Shown in pieces: positions 50,427 through 63,244 of a stretch of DNA of 64,000 bases. This DNA comes from Podarcis pityusensis (taxonomy: Eukaryota): assembly GCA_964106645.2 (NCBI GenBank), contig OZ067040.1; one strand, 5' to 3'. Position 1 is the stretch's first letter. Each line of letters begins with the position of its first letter. A program made the position numbers and the translations under genes. The notes beneath the pieces are model-generated. The model saw only the letters and a list, made by a program, of their open reading frames with translations, did no database searches and was not told the DNA's origin.

Positions 50427-50659
50427 CAGTGGTACCTCGGTTTGCGAACTTGATCCGTTTCTGAAGTCCTTTCTTAAACCAAACCCATTCTTAAACTGAG
50501 GCGCGCTTTCCCTACTGAGGCCTCCCACCGCCGGTGCCCTTCCACCATTCGGCTTCTGTTCATAGACTGAGGTAAAGTTCGCAAACTACTTCTGGTTTGG
50601 CAGAGTTTGTAAACCGACTAGTTCATAAACAGGACTGTTTGCAAACTGAGGTACCACTG
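50427..50659. mobile_element. Tc1/mariner MITE related to family A
   Basis: TIRs cagtggtacctcggtttgc / gcaaactgaggtaccactg; TA on the right side. Confidence 0.85.
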
Positions 50660-50838
50660 TAGTTAAGATGAGAGGCTTAAAAAGATTTGGAGCAGAGTTC
50701 GAAAAACTGAGAGTTACCAGTGCATCACCTTCTCCCACATTAAGTGTATAACTGGCTTTCAAATTCTTTCCTTCTTGTTTAGTCAAACCTGATGGTTGAG
50801 AACTCACATTCTTTCTGCCAGAGCAACGGGAAGCATTT

Positions 50839-50842
<4 letters not shown>

Positions 50843-50880
<38 letters not shown>

Positions 50881-50885
50881 TTTCT
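50843..50885. repeat. (TTTC)n microsatellite
   Basis: Tetranucleotide run. Confidence 0.9.
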
Positions 50886-53800
50886 TTTTTAGTGCTGTTT
50901 GCATCTTTCTTTTCCTCACCCACAAGAGTCCTTTGAATAACAATGTCACTATAGATAGAAGTAGACAGAGCTTGTTCTCGTGCACATTACAGTCTACGCT
51001 CAATAATGTCGCCCAGAGGGGATGGCGCTTCATGTGAATTGCCTGCAGCATTTGGACGGAGGCAATATGCACAATCAAAAATAATAATAATCAAGGGCTT
51101 TCCCCACCCCCTTGAGGGTGACTTCTTGAACAGCTCTAGGGACAGCCACTATTTGCTTTATTGGATCCCCATGAAGTATTCTAATAGGCTTAGGTCCTTA
51201 AGGACTGGAGCACAGGGAAACTTCTGAAAAGAAAATCTTTACCCATGGAAGTCTTTGTCCCTGCACAGGCTTGGAGTGTAGTGATTATGCACTAAAATTT
51301 CTATGGGAATAAATACACCAGTTCATATTTATTTATGCAGATGAGTAGCAACACACAGGACAATTAAATAAACCCCTACTAAGAGGTACTTGGAAGCCTA
51401 CTGAAATCATGACGAATGCATTTAACAGCATATCTATGGGATATTTGAGATGAAAGATGTAAAACTTAAAATTTATATATGACTTTTAAATGTTTCAAAG
51501 TGTTGCACACACATTACGTGAATACAATGCACCAGCAAGATGGGAAAGCAGAAAGTATTATTAACCCCATATTGAAGATGGGGAAGGTGGCTGAAACTGA
51601 GGGATACTGACTTACTAAAGTCCCTTAGCAAACTCATAGCTAAGGCAAGAATTAAACCACAGAATTACAAGCACATACTACACATTATTTAAACTACTGT
51701 ACACACCATTTCAGGGCCAAGTACACATGATTTTGGATCATGTGTCTCATATGAGTTCCTTCCAGGGCAATGCTTTGTTCACAAAATAAATCTGTTTCAG
51801 ACAGATCTGCATACTTGCCTCTCCTTCAACCCCCTCCCCAAACCACATCTCCTTTTCTAGATTGGCAAAAAGTATGGGTGCCCAGGAGGGAACCTGCCCT
51901 TTTGGAGTTGGCTATTTGCCATCAGAAGGGCTAAAAAGCCTCTTTCCCTCTCCATAGTGTAATGTTTACATGACCACCCTATATTTCTTTGCTGTTTCAA
52001 GTATGCCAAAATCTGGAGCAGTCGCAACCCAGGTTTTATCTAGGACTTAAGCATGTCCTACACAAGCGTTACCTGATCAGGTGTATTAGGAAGATTTGTG
52101 GTAGGCTCCATTTAATCACTTGTTTGATACTAACTTGGTAATAAAACCATAGGACCACTTCCCTGAATTTCCCTGGTCCCTGGAGAGTCTTAGTTGTATC
52201 TTGTGTCTTAAGAACACCCTTCAGGGGCATGAAACCACAGAGTCTTAGAACATTAAATTTTTTGATAGCCAATGTGGTGCCGACATGGCCTGTGGAGCAG
52301 GTTGAAGGAAGTCTTAGCCCAACAACAACTGGAGGGAACCATGTTTGCAGCCCCTTCATTACAACCACCTTGCAACAAACTCCTTTTCAACCCTTTGGAG
52401 TTTCTGTCTATGCTCCCCAAATCTTAGGAATCTAAGGAAGCTGCCTTTCTGTCCCTCTGGACCTGTGTTACCTACCATTCCTGCAGCATTTGTATGGCAT
52501 CTTTCACATCACTTGCCATACTCTTTTGGCCGGAGTTACCAGTGGTTAGACCTGGGATCTTCTGTATGAAGAACAAATGATCTAACACTAAGCTGTTGGC
52601 TGGAGAACATGGGTATTGACCCTATCGCCTCCCTGATGCAAAGGGAGCATTCTGTCGCTTGAGATAATTTTGCCACTGCTTTTGCAGCAGATGGGTCTCT
52701 GTTCAATACCACTGTGATTTAAAGTGAAATTAAAACAATGCACTCTAAAAATATCAAAGAAAAAATATTGTAGCTAGCTACTATCTTTTTGCTGTATCTT
52801 GTAAACAGCTTTTGCATCTATATGGTTGGAATGCATTTATGTGCTCTTTGTGATTATTTTCACTACTTCTACTGCTGGCACTATTAAAAATGTCTAAATT
52901 AATTTACTTAAAACACTAAAAAGTCATTGGTCTTAAAATTTTAACACGAGTCTGGGCTTACTCCATTAAAAAAAAATTAATGTACTAGGATGTCTTTCAT
53001 CAGTGGAACTGTGAGGCTGGCCTCACAAATCTCTGCTGTAACTTTAGGATTCCTTTCACTTGGAGCGCTTTTATGAGCCTGAAAGGGAGGAAGGGAGAAT
53101 CAAAAGCAGTAAAAGAACTTATATGATTTCTATCAGTAGCCCCCTTTTTCATAAAACGTTGCAAAAACAATCTCAGTACAGAAGAGCAACATACTGAGCA
53201 ATAAGCTCCCATTGCAGGAAGTTCATTCCCCCGCCTTCTTGGCACGTAGCCCAGGACCATCAGAACTAATTAAAAACAGAACCATGCTGGTAGGATCTCG
53301 GCATTTGGGTTTTTACAATAACAGAGTAGCTAACCAGGGGGATGCCTAATGAGAATAGTTCCAGAGTTTGTTTTCTAGCATTGGGCAACTATGTCAATTA
53401 CTCAACACTGCAGCTAAGGGCCAGCGCTCCCCGCCCCCCGCCCCCCCCCACTGAGCTGGGAAAGTATGTTATTTCAGTACAGATTGAGCCGCTGCATTGA
53501 AGCACGTGCCACTTCTTGAACAGGGGTGCCGCTCCTTGGCTCTTGACTGAAGCAGAAAGGGGCTGGGGCCGCCCCACTCTTCAGGCAGGGGAACATCATT
53601 AGATTAGACTTTCTTCCACCTGCGTTATTAAGATAAATGACAGCAACAAATGCAAGCAACCCACAAAGCAAATGTGCTTATTTTGTCATGTGCTTATGCC
53701 AGGAAAAGGATAATGCAAGGGAATTATCTCCTTTGTCATTGGAGAAGGGCTCTGCCACCATCGCATGGGTGCCTCTGAAGTTCCAGTCAGGGTTCAATCA

Positions 53801-54108
53801 GCCGTAAGTACTCTTAGCACCTGAGGTGCTTCCTGTTTTACGTGCAGCACCACCTAAGGCTACTGAATCAGAGCCCACAAGGAAAACCATAGGGAAGAAA
53901 GCACAACCTCTCCCAATCAGTTTTACAGATTTTCACACTATGCCATAATAAATGTCTTTCTGTAAACATTGTTTGGTTAGCAAAGTGCACAGAAAAATGA
54001 GGGTAAGAGCAAATTTTGAAGCATAGCTGTGTTTGCATATTGTTTCAGAAAGTGCAAATTTGTTAGATTCTGTTTCAGGTGAGACCTGAATCTAATTTGT
54101 TGCCTTCC

Positions 54109-54111
<3 letters not shown>

Positions 54112-54166
<55 letters not shown>

Positions 54167-54200
54167 GACAGAGACAGAGACAGAGACAGAGACAGAGACA
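54112..54200. repeat. Compound microsatellite (GA)n(CAGA)n(GACAGA)n
   Basis: Direct reading. Confidence 0.95.
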
Positions 54201-55752
54201 CTGACCCTACTAAAGACTTCTGGAGGAAAGAGAAACTAGCTCTTGCAGTCTTGCCCAAAGCTATATATCTCCATCACACAGAGTAAATTTATTTGGGATA
54301 TGTATCCATCTAGGGATGGATGAATATGTCATTTTTGGTTTCTTTCACTTTCCTGTTTTCTCACTATTTTCCAGTTTTTTTTTAAAAAAGAATTTGCATG
54401 AATTTATCCTAATATGCATTTTTATACAAAATTTTGCCAAATATATGCATTTTTGCAAGGAATCACCTCAGTTCTTCTTCCAAATCTATATTAAGCACCT
54501 TTCCTGAGGACCAAGTCTCACAGTGTTCAGTGGAACTTAACTGCTAGTCAATGTCCTCAGCATTGCAGCCTCTATCTTCCCTTCTCCTCCCGTCCCCCTC
54601 CCCTCCCCTCATAAAACAGCTTTTAGTCTTGCTTTGTGTAATAATAATAATAATAAAATCTCAGGCCAAACTATTTTTCCAGACCGTTCAAAATTGGTCC
54701 CCTGTCTATTCTGCTAAATGACATTTTATGTCAACAACGTATTAGGGAAAATGCTCTATTAAAAGCAATAGGATGCTGCTCTGCTAAGGTCAGGAACAAA
54801 TAGCAGATGAGTGTTTAGGGGACCATAATGTTGTCAAATAAAGGCAATGGCCATATCTTTCTGAGCGATATTAAAAGTACAGTGTCACAGGGCATCCATT
54901 TGGAGAAATGGCTGGGTTCATTCCAGTGGGTTATGAAAAAATGAGGAAGGAATAACATTTTCACCACAGAACAGTCACACTGGCTGCTAGCGCAGTGGCA
55001 AGATAAGAGGCAGGAGGGAGCTCAGCTCACTTTCTTTCTTTTTGTGAGCAAAATGTTCAGCTACCATTGAAGCCACATTATAAGGATTCTCAGATTGCCT
55101 TACTAGGCATGGGGAAGTGGGTTTTTTGTTGTTTTTTTTACCCCCAAATAAATTGGATCTGTGGTGTTTCTTTGGTTCACCAACCTGGGCTCATGTCACT
55201 ACTAGTGGTCTTAGCAACAAGGGATGGGTCACAGTCCCTCACCATCTCTGACTGGTGCCCAGAACTTCACTGAACTGCTGCTGAGTGACCATAAGCTGCC
55301 TCACATCATCTGGGCTCCTGCAGGCTTGACTCAACCAATGCCTCCTTCCCTATCTGACAGCAATGGCTCAAGCAACTCCACCCACAGCCATAGTCCCTGA
55401 GCATTGGGGGCTGTTTGAACAAGGCATGAGGTGTAGCCTGGCGAGTGCGCTGCCCAAGGTTCAGAGCTTTCTTCAGTGCAGAAAGGAGCAGGGTGTTGTC
55501 ACAGAGGGCCCTGCACTTGGCTAGTGGTGTGAAGCCTCTGCTCTGGCATTCTGCTTTTGTACTTTCTGTTTGCTGCACCAAGTTCAAGAAGCTAGCCTAG
55601 GGCACCCATGTAAGCATTGCCATGAGAGAAGAGAGAAAGGGAATGTATCACACTCCCACCCCCACAAAGTGAGGCACAGATTTGCATATAATGCGCACAC
55701 GTTGATTCATATGTACAGGTGCAAATTTACAAATAATTGCTGCAATTTAAAT

Positions 55753-56097
55753 TGGGCTGGGCATCCTTTTCAGATCGAGGGCCACGTTCTCCTCTGGCCA
55801 ACTTTTCAAGGGCCACACGCCAGTGGAGTGTGGCACCAGAGGCAAATGTGGATGGAGTATTGGATGTAAATATTGCCTCTGTACAGTAAGCTAGTTTCTA
55901 TATCCACTCACATGCCATCCAGGCAAGCAAAAGGCAATTCTGAAGTTCAAGGACACATTCCAGCCCAGGGGTCTGTGAAGCAGAGCCAGAGGAAGTGTGG
56001 CTGGAGAGGGTGTGTGGCTTGGAAAGAGTCCTGAGGGCCAGATGTACCAGCCTGGAGGTCCACATTCAGCCCCAAGGCCTGAGATTCCCCGCTCCTG
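55753..56097. mobile_element. hAT-type MITE
   Basis: Perfect 8-bp TSD ATTTAAAT (55745-55752 and 56098-56105); degenerate TIRs; subterminal gagggcca motifs. Confidence 0.75.
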
Positions 56098-56916
56098 ATT
56101 TAAATAGAAATACAGTTCATTCTCGCCATACCATAGTGAGGAAAGTCTGTGACTGGAGGACTAGAGGGCCAGCTCAGTCTGCTGTCTAGGTGCTAACTAT
56201 TGACGGTCAGCTTCAAGGCCCTGACACGCTCTACTTATGGTTCTTTATCTTTAAAATGAACCGGCCTGGGCAATCCTTCCAGCAGTCCTCTGACAGATCC
56301 TCAAATAGAGAACCCTGAAGTTGGATACATGACCACTCTTCGCTGAGATTAAATCATGTTTCCTTTAGCCTATTGTTGATTTATATTATATTTTGAATGT
56401 TAATACTGTACCTGTTCTCAACAGCTTTGGACTGACAATTAGAATTAAGCGGTATATAAACGTTGTGATAGCCATAAAATATATTGACCTCCAGGAGGAT
56501 GGATGGACTTGGGTGCAACCTTCCATGGAATCAGCCAGACTGGTTCGGATACAAAGCCCCTTTTGGGGGCCCACCCCAGGCTGATAAATGTAACATTATT
56601 TATTGATGCAGTGATACATTGTCCCACTCCCAAGCCTTTGATTAGTGCGACAGGAAGACGTAAGACTAGACTTAGGAATCTTGATTCTGCAGATCTGTAC
56701 AGATTCAGTGGCACAAACAGGTCACAGCATGCCTATTTCTGCGCCCTGTTCCTCAGACAGAAAGATTAGTTCTTCCCTGGCCTTTTTCTCAGGGAAGATG
56801 GGTGCAAGTTCTTAAATATCTACATAAAGTCTCCTCCCGTCTTCTTCCCATTCAAGTCAGTTCATTTCAAGGGTCCTTGTGTGGGGTGTGACTATGCAAA
56901 GAGCAATTTCTATTTT

Positions 56917-57733
56917 ATTTTATTTTTTATAATATTTTTATTCATTTTCCAAAAAAACAATTTTTTATACAATCAATTCACATTTTATCACACATTCATC
57001 TCTTTTTTTTGACTTCCCTCAGATCCTCTGTTGATCTTTCGTTTACGTCTATATTATTAACGCATTTCTTAACTTAGTATTGCCTTTAAATATCTCCTTC
57101 CCTCATCTTATTCTCTTTTTAACAATATTCCTCTATTTTTCACAGAGTCTCTTGAAAACCAACAAACGTTATCAGTTCATCACATATGCCTTTCAGATAA
57201 TCTGTAAATCTTCCCCAGTCCTCGATGAATTTTTGGTCCCGTTGATACCGAATCTTCCCTGTTAGTTTGTCCAATTCTGCATAATCAGTCAGTTTTAATC
57301 TCCATTCTTCCACCGTCGGTATTTCTTCCTGTTTCCATTTTTGGGCCAGAAGTATTCTCGCTGCTGTAACTGTGTATTGAAAAAGTTTACAATCTTATCT
57401 CATTTCCTACCAATCCCAATAAGAAGGCCTCCGGTTTCTTAATAAACGTATATTTCAACATCCTTTTCAATTCATTATATATCATTTCCCAGAAGCCTTT
57501 TACCTTTTTGCACTCCCACCACATATGATAGAATGTCCCTTCTTTTTCTTTACATTTCCAACACTTATTAAATGTTTTATACATTTTAGCTAGTTTTACT
57601 GGCGTTATATACCATCTGTATACCATTTTCATTACATTTTCCTTTAGCGCAGTACATGCCGTAAATTTTAGTCTTTCATTCCATAATTTTGACCACTCAT
57701 CATATTGTATATTATAACCAAAATCTCTGGCCC
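56917..57733 (-). mobile_element. 5'-truncated L1 LINE (ORF2 C-terminus, 3' UTR, A-rich tail) with TSD
   Basis: ORF 57387-57737 contains the zinc knuckle CWKCKEKEGTFYHMWWEC; after a frameshift near 57395 it continues KLFQYTVTAARILLAQKWK...GFQETL* (stop 57140-57142). Perfect 14-bp TSD GCAATTTCTATTTT at 56903-56916 and 57734-57747. Confidence 0.93.
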
Positions 57734-58143
57734 GCAATTTCTATTTTGCTGTAATTTCACCCCAGGACCTTATGGTGAAAGCTGTGTAAGAAATCCAATC
57801 ATTAATTTTACTTCTCTAGCAATGATACAGCAGTAAAACCTATGAACTCCATATGCACCTCCTAGGTGCCTCTATGACTGACAGGGTGGCCAGAGGAGGA
57901 GAGGGCTCTTGCACTTTTGACACAGAAGATGGCATTTGATCAGGTTATCTTCAGACTTCTTTTGAAGTCAACTGTTAAATGTCCTGGGGCCCTGTCATGT
58001 TTTGTATCTAGCCACCCAAAGTAGAGATGCAGATGGAACTTCCATTCAGTCAGGTGCCTTGGAGTGTACCTGCTATACTGTGCATCTGCAGAGGAACAGA
58101 GAGATTGGGGGATAGGAGAGAAGGGTCTGTGGGGATTCCCTAC

Positions 58144-58336
58144 AGGTAAAGGTAAAGGTTACGTCCAGTCAAATTTGACTATGGGGTGCAGCGTTCATCT
58201 CAGTTTCAGGCTGAGGGAGCTGGCGTTTGTCCACAGACAGCTTTCTGGGTCATGTGGTCAGCAGGACTAAACCACTTCTGGTGCACGGGAAACCACTGAG
58301 AGTGCCAGAGCACATGGAAACGCTGTTTACCTTCCT
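58144..58336 (-). mobile_element. Sauria SINE (partial)
   Basis: (aaaggt)n tail, gggagctggcgtttgtccacagacagctttctgggtcatgtggtcagcaggact and gaaacgctgtttaccttcc body. Confidence 0.85.
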
Positions 58337-61300
58337 ACTCTACAAAATACACAGAGCTGAACATGCTGAAGGAAATGGATTAAGCACATAAATTTGAAGA
58401 AACTCAGCTTACTTTTAGTTTAGATGATCACATTTCCTGAAGAGTTTAAATGGAATTTTAAAAAAGATTCTATTAAAAATGTTTTGTTTTTTTACTAGAA
58501 ATACGTTTTTCAAATTGTACATATATACATTGTTTTAAAAGAATGTTGCATTGTGCTTTGAAAACATACTCGTTTTAAGTTTGGAGAGCTGTGTTCCCTG
58601 TTGTGAGTTTTAGGGATGTTATGTAGCCAGAAGCATTCTTGGCCACTGTTCAGAAGTATCTATCTGATTTTTATTGAACCCATTCATCCTATCTCCTACA
58701 AAAAGCTGGCTTGCTTCTGCTTGTGATTTTATTCATTTGCCTCAGGTAGAAATCACTGTGCTATTGCTTGCACACTCTATACAACTTTTACAGAGGAAAT
58801 CCATGTAATAATCCAAGGAGTCCTAGATTAGTGCGACAGGCAGCTTCTTCTCAGCACCACTAATCCTGCCATTTAACTCTATACCGTTATGATCTACAGC
58901 AAGATATTTGCTGGTAGGGAGAGAGATGTACCTCAAGTGCTGATACTGAGTTAATCTTAGGGTGCTACCAGACAGAGGGCTTTTCAAGTGTTCAGCACAC
59001 AGATTTCACATGCCCGGGACCCCCAGAACACTCAGCGACTTTGCCACTGTGCACCTGTCCCCTTGCTGAGAAGCCAAATGGCAGAACGAGTGTTTACAAA
59101 ACCAGCCACAGTGGCCATAGTCCAAAATCATAACTGTCCCATAAAACCCCGTTCTAGTTGGCAACACTTTCTTGAGTAGGAGATCATATTTAATGAGTCA
59201 AAAGTTTGGCTCACCTACTCCGAGTGATGATGAATTTATAAGTTATTAGGTAAGAACTTCTCCCAGCCTATTCTGCCTGAAAACATTTTAAATGAAGTTA
59301 CTAAGGACGGAATTTGGGATTTGTAAAATGCGGAGTACATGCTCTACTACTAAGCTATTGCCTCTTCCCTTCATGTGGTATTGCAGCAGAACACAGGTGG
59401 AGGTCACCATCTACCTTGGAGCAGAATGAAAGCATTTTTAAATCATTTCAACAACAACAACAATATAATACGTATTGTAATTTTTATATTGGTTCTTTTT
59501 GTTGCAACATGTACACAAAACAGATATTTCTGTTGAACTATGAAACTGTACATAAGTTAACTGAATAAATAAGATACATGAATAGAATACAATGATGCTT
59601 TTCCTTTCCTTTTTTAAAAGGACAGTTGTGGTGAATTAGAGATTGCTTCTTGTAGGAATCAGACCTCACAGGAATGGTATTCATAAACTGTGATCAAAAC
59701 TGAGGCATCTTTAACAAGAGCTAAAGTGATGACCTTGGGTACAGCAGGCCATGAGATCTGCTGATCACTGGGCTTGTGATAACTCTTGAAATTCCTGAGC
59801 ATATATTGGCTCTTCACTTTTCACCAGCTGGCCGTGCAGCCTTCATATGCGGGATTAAGCATTCTGAATGCCATTGCAAATCTGCCATGAGACTGATAGT
59901 CTTGTGAATTGGCTCTCGACCAATGATACAATGAAATTTGAAAAGAAGATCCCAGATCTGCAAGATGAAGGAAATTGCTACCAATCGCTAAGGGAACAGC
60001 AACATGTTAGACACTGCCAGCATCTAAGAAGCAAACAACGTCTTTTGGCTATGATATGAGAATGGGCACAGCCACATAAGCATCTCAGACACAAACATGC
60101 AGTGTTACTGTTTCAGCCACAACAGGAAGAAAAGACCCCGTCTATTGGATTCATGCTGGACATAAGCTCAGCACACTCTGCACAACCAAAATCAATGCAC
60201 TCGTAATGCTTTGGAAATGTGCTGCTTACTGAACCTTGCTACTTGTAGAGCCAAATCCCTTTATGCAGCTGTCTGGGTGTAAATGTGCTTTTTGGCACAC
60301 ATTGTGTGCTGGCAGAATTCCATATGTTACACTAAACCTGCTGACAGTTAATGGGTATGCTATTTTCCCTCCATCAAGCGCCGCTACCATTCTAATTTAG
60401 GATTGTTTCACATGTTGCACAGCAACATGTGCCTCGAACGAGTCCTTATTCAAGATGGCCACTCTCTTGTCAGCTTGCTGGTTAAACACATTGTGCTCGT
60501 TGAGAAGAATAGCAAAACAAAACATGGGACAAAGTGATGGCACACATACATAGGAGCCAAATCCTAGGAGCCAAGGGGTCTTCAGCCCCCCAATAAAACA
60601 TTTGAGGGGGCCAGGCCCCCTAAAGTTGATGGGCATTGCATTTCAAATGGTGTGCATACATTGCATCATGTGATGAATTATGCAGGGCAGAGCTTATCTC
60701 TCCTCCCCCCCCCACTATTTCATTCAAGTTAGCACCTCTGGTTCTGGGGCTTCTCCTGGCCCCCCAGATCCAGTTTCAGAGGGTGCTGGGAAAGCATAGA
60801 AGGGAAAGCTCCTTTGCACAAATGGAAGCTGTTGTGCAGAGCATCTACTGATGGAACACATGAGTTGAATCCCACCCAGGAGTTTGTGGCCGTCATGAGC
60901 AGTTTGGGCCTGAGCAGATGTTTAGCAGAACCTAGCAAGGCATCTTAGTTTTCTCTTCTTAACAACCTGAAAATGGATTTTTCCTCCCTTTTACACAAAC
61001 CCTTGTAATGTTCAAGCTTCTGTAGCACCACCTTTGTGCTGATAAATATTTTGGTTTGGAAGTTGCCTGCCAGTCCCTCTTGCTGAACAATAAGGGAGCT
61101 GGTTGTGCTTCCCTTGTACTACTTGTGGTACCAGTGGAGAATTGAGTTTGTACAGGGTATGCCATGTGAGAAAGAAAAAAAACTTTCCTAACGAAAAGGA
61201 GCATGCAGTACAGTCATCATAATCTAAATATATATTTAGGAAAGGGGCCTATGTTCTTTTGAGAAAAGTGAAAGAATGCCTGGAGCAAAATGTAAAAGTT

Positions 61301-61665
61301 GTTGCTCTAATTTTTATCCTCTGTTGGCTTTAATTAAGTGCCGAATTAAAATTGTAAAGCAAACACAAATTGAGGGATTTTCTTTCTAAATGAAAAGGAG
61401 CTTGCTCACCAGGTGAGTTTTTTTCCTCAGGTGCACATTGCTCTAAAATATGCAATCCAGACTGGCAACTCTTTAGGCAGCCATAGAAAAGCTCAGGCTG
61501 TTACAAGGTCCACTTTCTCCCTCCTGAATATGCTGCAAGGAGATAATTCATTGCTCAGCAAGGATGTGAGCTGCAAGGAATAAGAAAAAAAGTTTGGCAG
61601 TTCAAGCATTATTACTTGGTGAGGTGGAATTTAGGAGGATAGCAAAACAAATTTTAGAAGGTGTA

Positions 61666-61891
61666 CAGTGGTACCTTGGGTTACAGACGCTTCAGGTTAC
61701 AGACTCCGCTAACCCAGAAATAGTACCTCGGGTTAAGAACTTTGCTTCAGGAGGAGAACAGAAATCACACGGTGGCGGTGCAGCAGCAGCGGGAGGCCCC
61801 ATTAGCTAAAGTGGTACCTCAGGTTAAGAACAGTTTCAGGTTAAGAACGGACCTCCGGAACGAATTAAGTTCTTAACCTGAGGTACCACTG
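61666..61891 (-). mobile_element. Tc1/mariner MITE, family A (inverted relative to the 45189 copy)
   Basis: TIRs cagtggtaccttgggtta / taacctgaggtaccactg; TA TSD; body is the reverse complement of the 41296 and 45189 copies. Confidence 0.92.
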
Positions 61892-62454
61892 TACAAAAAT
61901 GAAATAGCATACTCTTAAAAAGAGTGTGTGTGGGGGGGCTTTTTCTGTGGTGGGGCCACAGGGGTGGTTGCCTTGGGCACAAACTAGTTAAGGGACACTT
62001 AATTTCAACACCCAGTGCTGCCTCAATACAGCTGCATGCTTTCCTCATTGGGATCTGCTGAGAACGGCTTCTCCATGCAAACCAGGAAGTGACGTCTCCA
62101 GACAATGAAACTATTCTTTTTTACTTATCTCTGCAGCTGTGATCTCCTAGGTGATGCAGATGCTGTTTGTTGGCAGTTGAATGCGCATGCGTGCTCAGTT
62201 CGTTTCCCTCCCTCCCACCCAACACCCCCCCTCCCGCATGGCCCTGGGTGCTGTCAACCCATGCTACGCCACTGGGCTTTTTTTTCAGGCATACGGATGC
62301 TTTTCCAGAGGCCAATTCTTACTTCACTGTTTAGACTTAGATAGGTAAAACACATGCATTTTAAAGTGGGCTGCACCAAAAAAATTCATAGTATGCGTTT
62401 ATTCTTTCCAGAAGCTTGAGGCAGATATGGACAACAATCTAAATCCATATTAAG

Positions 62455-62536
62455 GCAATACTTTTTTAGGCCAACCACAATAACAGAAATAGTATGTAAG
62501 CTTTGGAGATTTGCAGAGCTCTTCATCATAGGAAGC
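62455..62536 (-). mobile_element. Penelope-like terminal fragment with degenerate hammerhead motif
   Basis: Minus strand: cctatgatgaagagctctgcaaatctccaaagcttacatactatttctg...tggttggcctaaaaaagtat. Confidence 0.5.
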
Positions 62537-63244
62537 AAAGGAGGGTGCAGGTGAAGGAAGGAGGACATTTGGCTCAGGTTGAAGCTAGGGAGTCTGCATC
62601 TGGTCACAGTCTTAAGGAGGAGCTATTTAGGTGCTCTGCAGGTGCTCTGCAGCAAGGCCTGTTGGATCAAGAAACAGCAGTGACTGCTTCCCGCATCTCT
62701 AGAACAAATACTGGTTGTTACCAAGATGCATCTGTCCTTAGACAAAACAGGCAGGTTCCTTGATAGATGGAAAACAGGAAGCAAGGGAAACTCTTCTTCT
62801 TCCTTCTCCTCCTCTTCAGTTATCAGACCTCCAGGTATGACCTGAAGACTCCAGGAGCTTTGGTAGACTGAAGGGGTGGCATATCTTTGAAGTGTCTTTC
62901 TAGGCCTGATAAAACCATGAAAATGGCAAATGAATAGGAACAATCAATCCCACAGGAAGCTTCCTTACATCACATCAGACCATTGGTCCAAAAATAGCTC
63001 AGCATTGTCTGTGCCCACTGGCAGTGGCTTTCCAGGGTGTCAGGCAAGATTCTTCCCCAGCCCTTCCTGGAAATGCCAAGGAAAGAACCTGGGACCTGTT
63101 GAATACAAAGCAGGTGCTCCGAGACTGAGGGCTCATCCACATACTCTATACCTTTTGCCCTAGGCATAGGTCCGAGCTTCAAAGCACTGGGTCAGAATGC
63201 TCTCTTCTTCTTTCTGGCCTGCCACTTTCCTCAGGAAAACTTGC

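Noticed and set aside
22023-53083. Identical 15-mer TTTTATGAGCCTGAA at 22023 and 53069
   Set aside because: One or two chance 15-mer matches are expected in 64 kb, and there is no extended homology.
56640-58840. Identical 15-mer GATTAGTGCGACAGG at 56640 and 58826
   Set aside because: Within chance expectation or a small MITE remnant; not a TSD of any element I can delimit.
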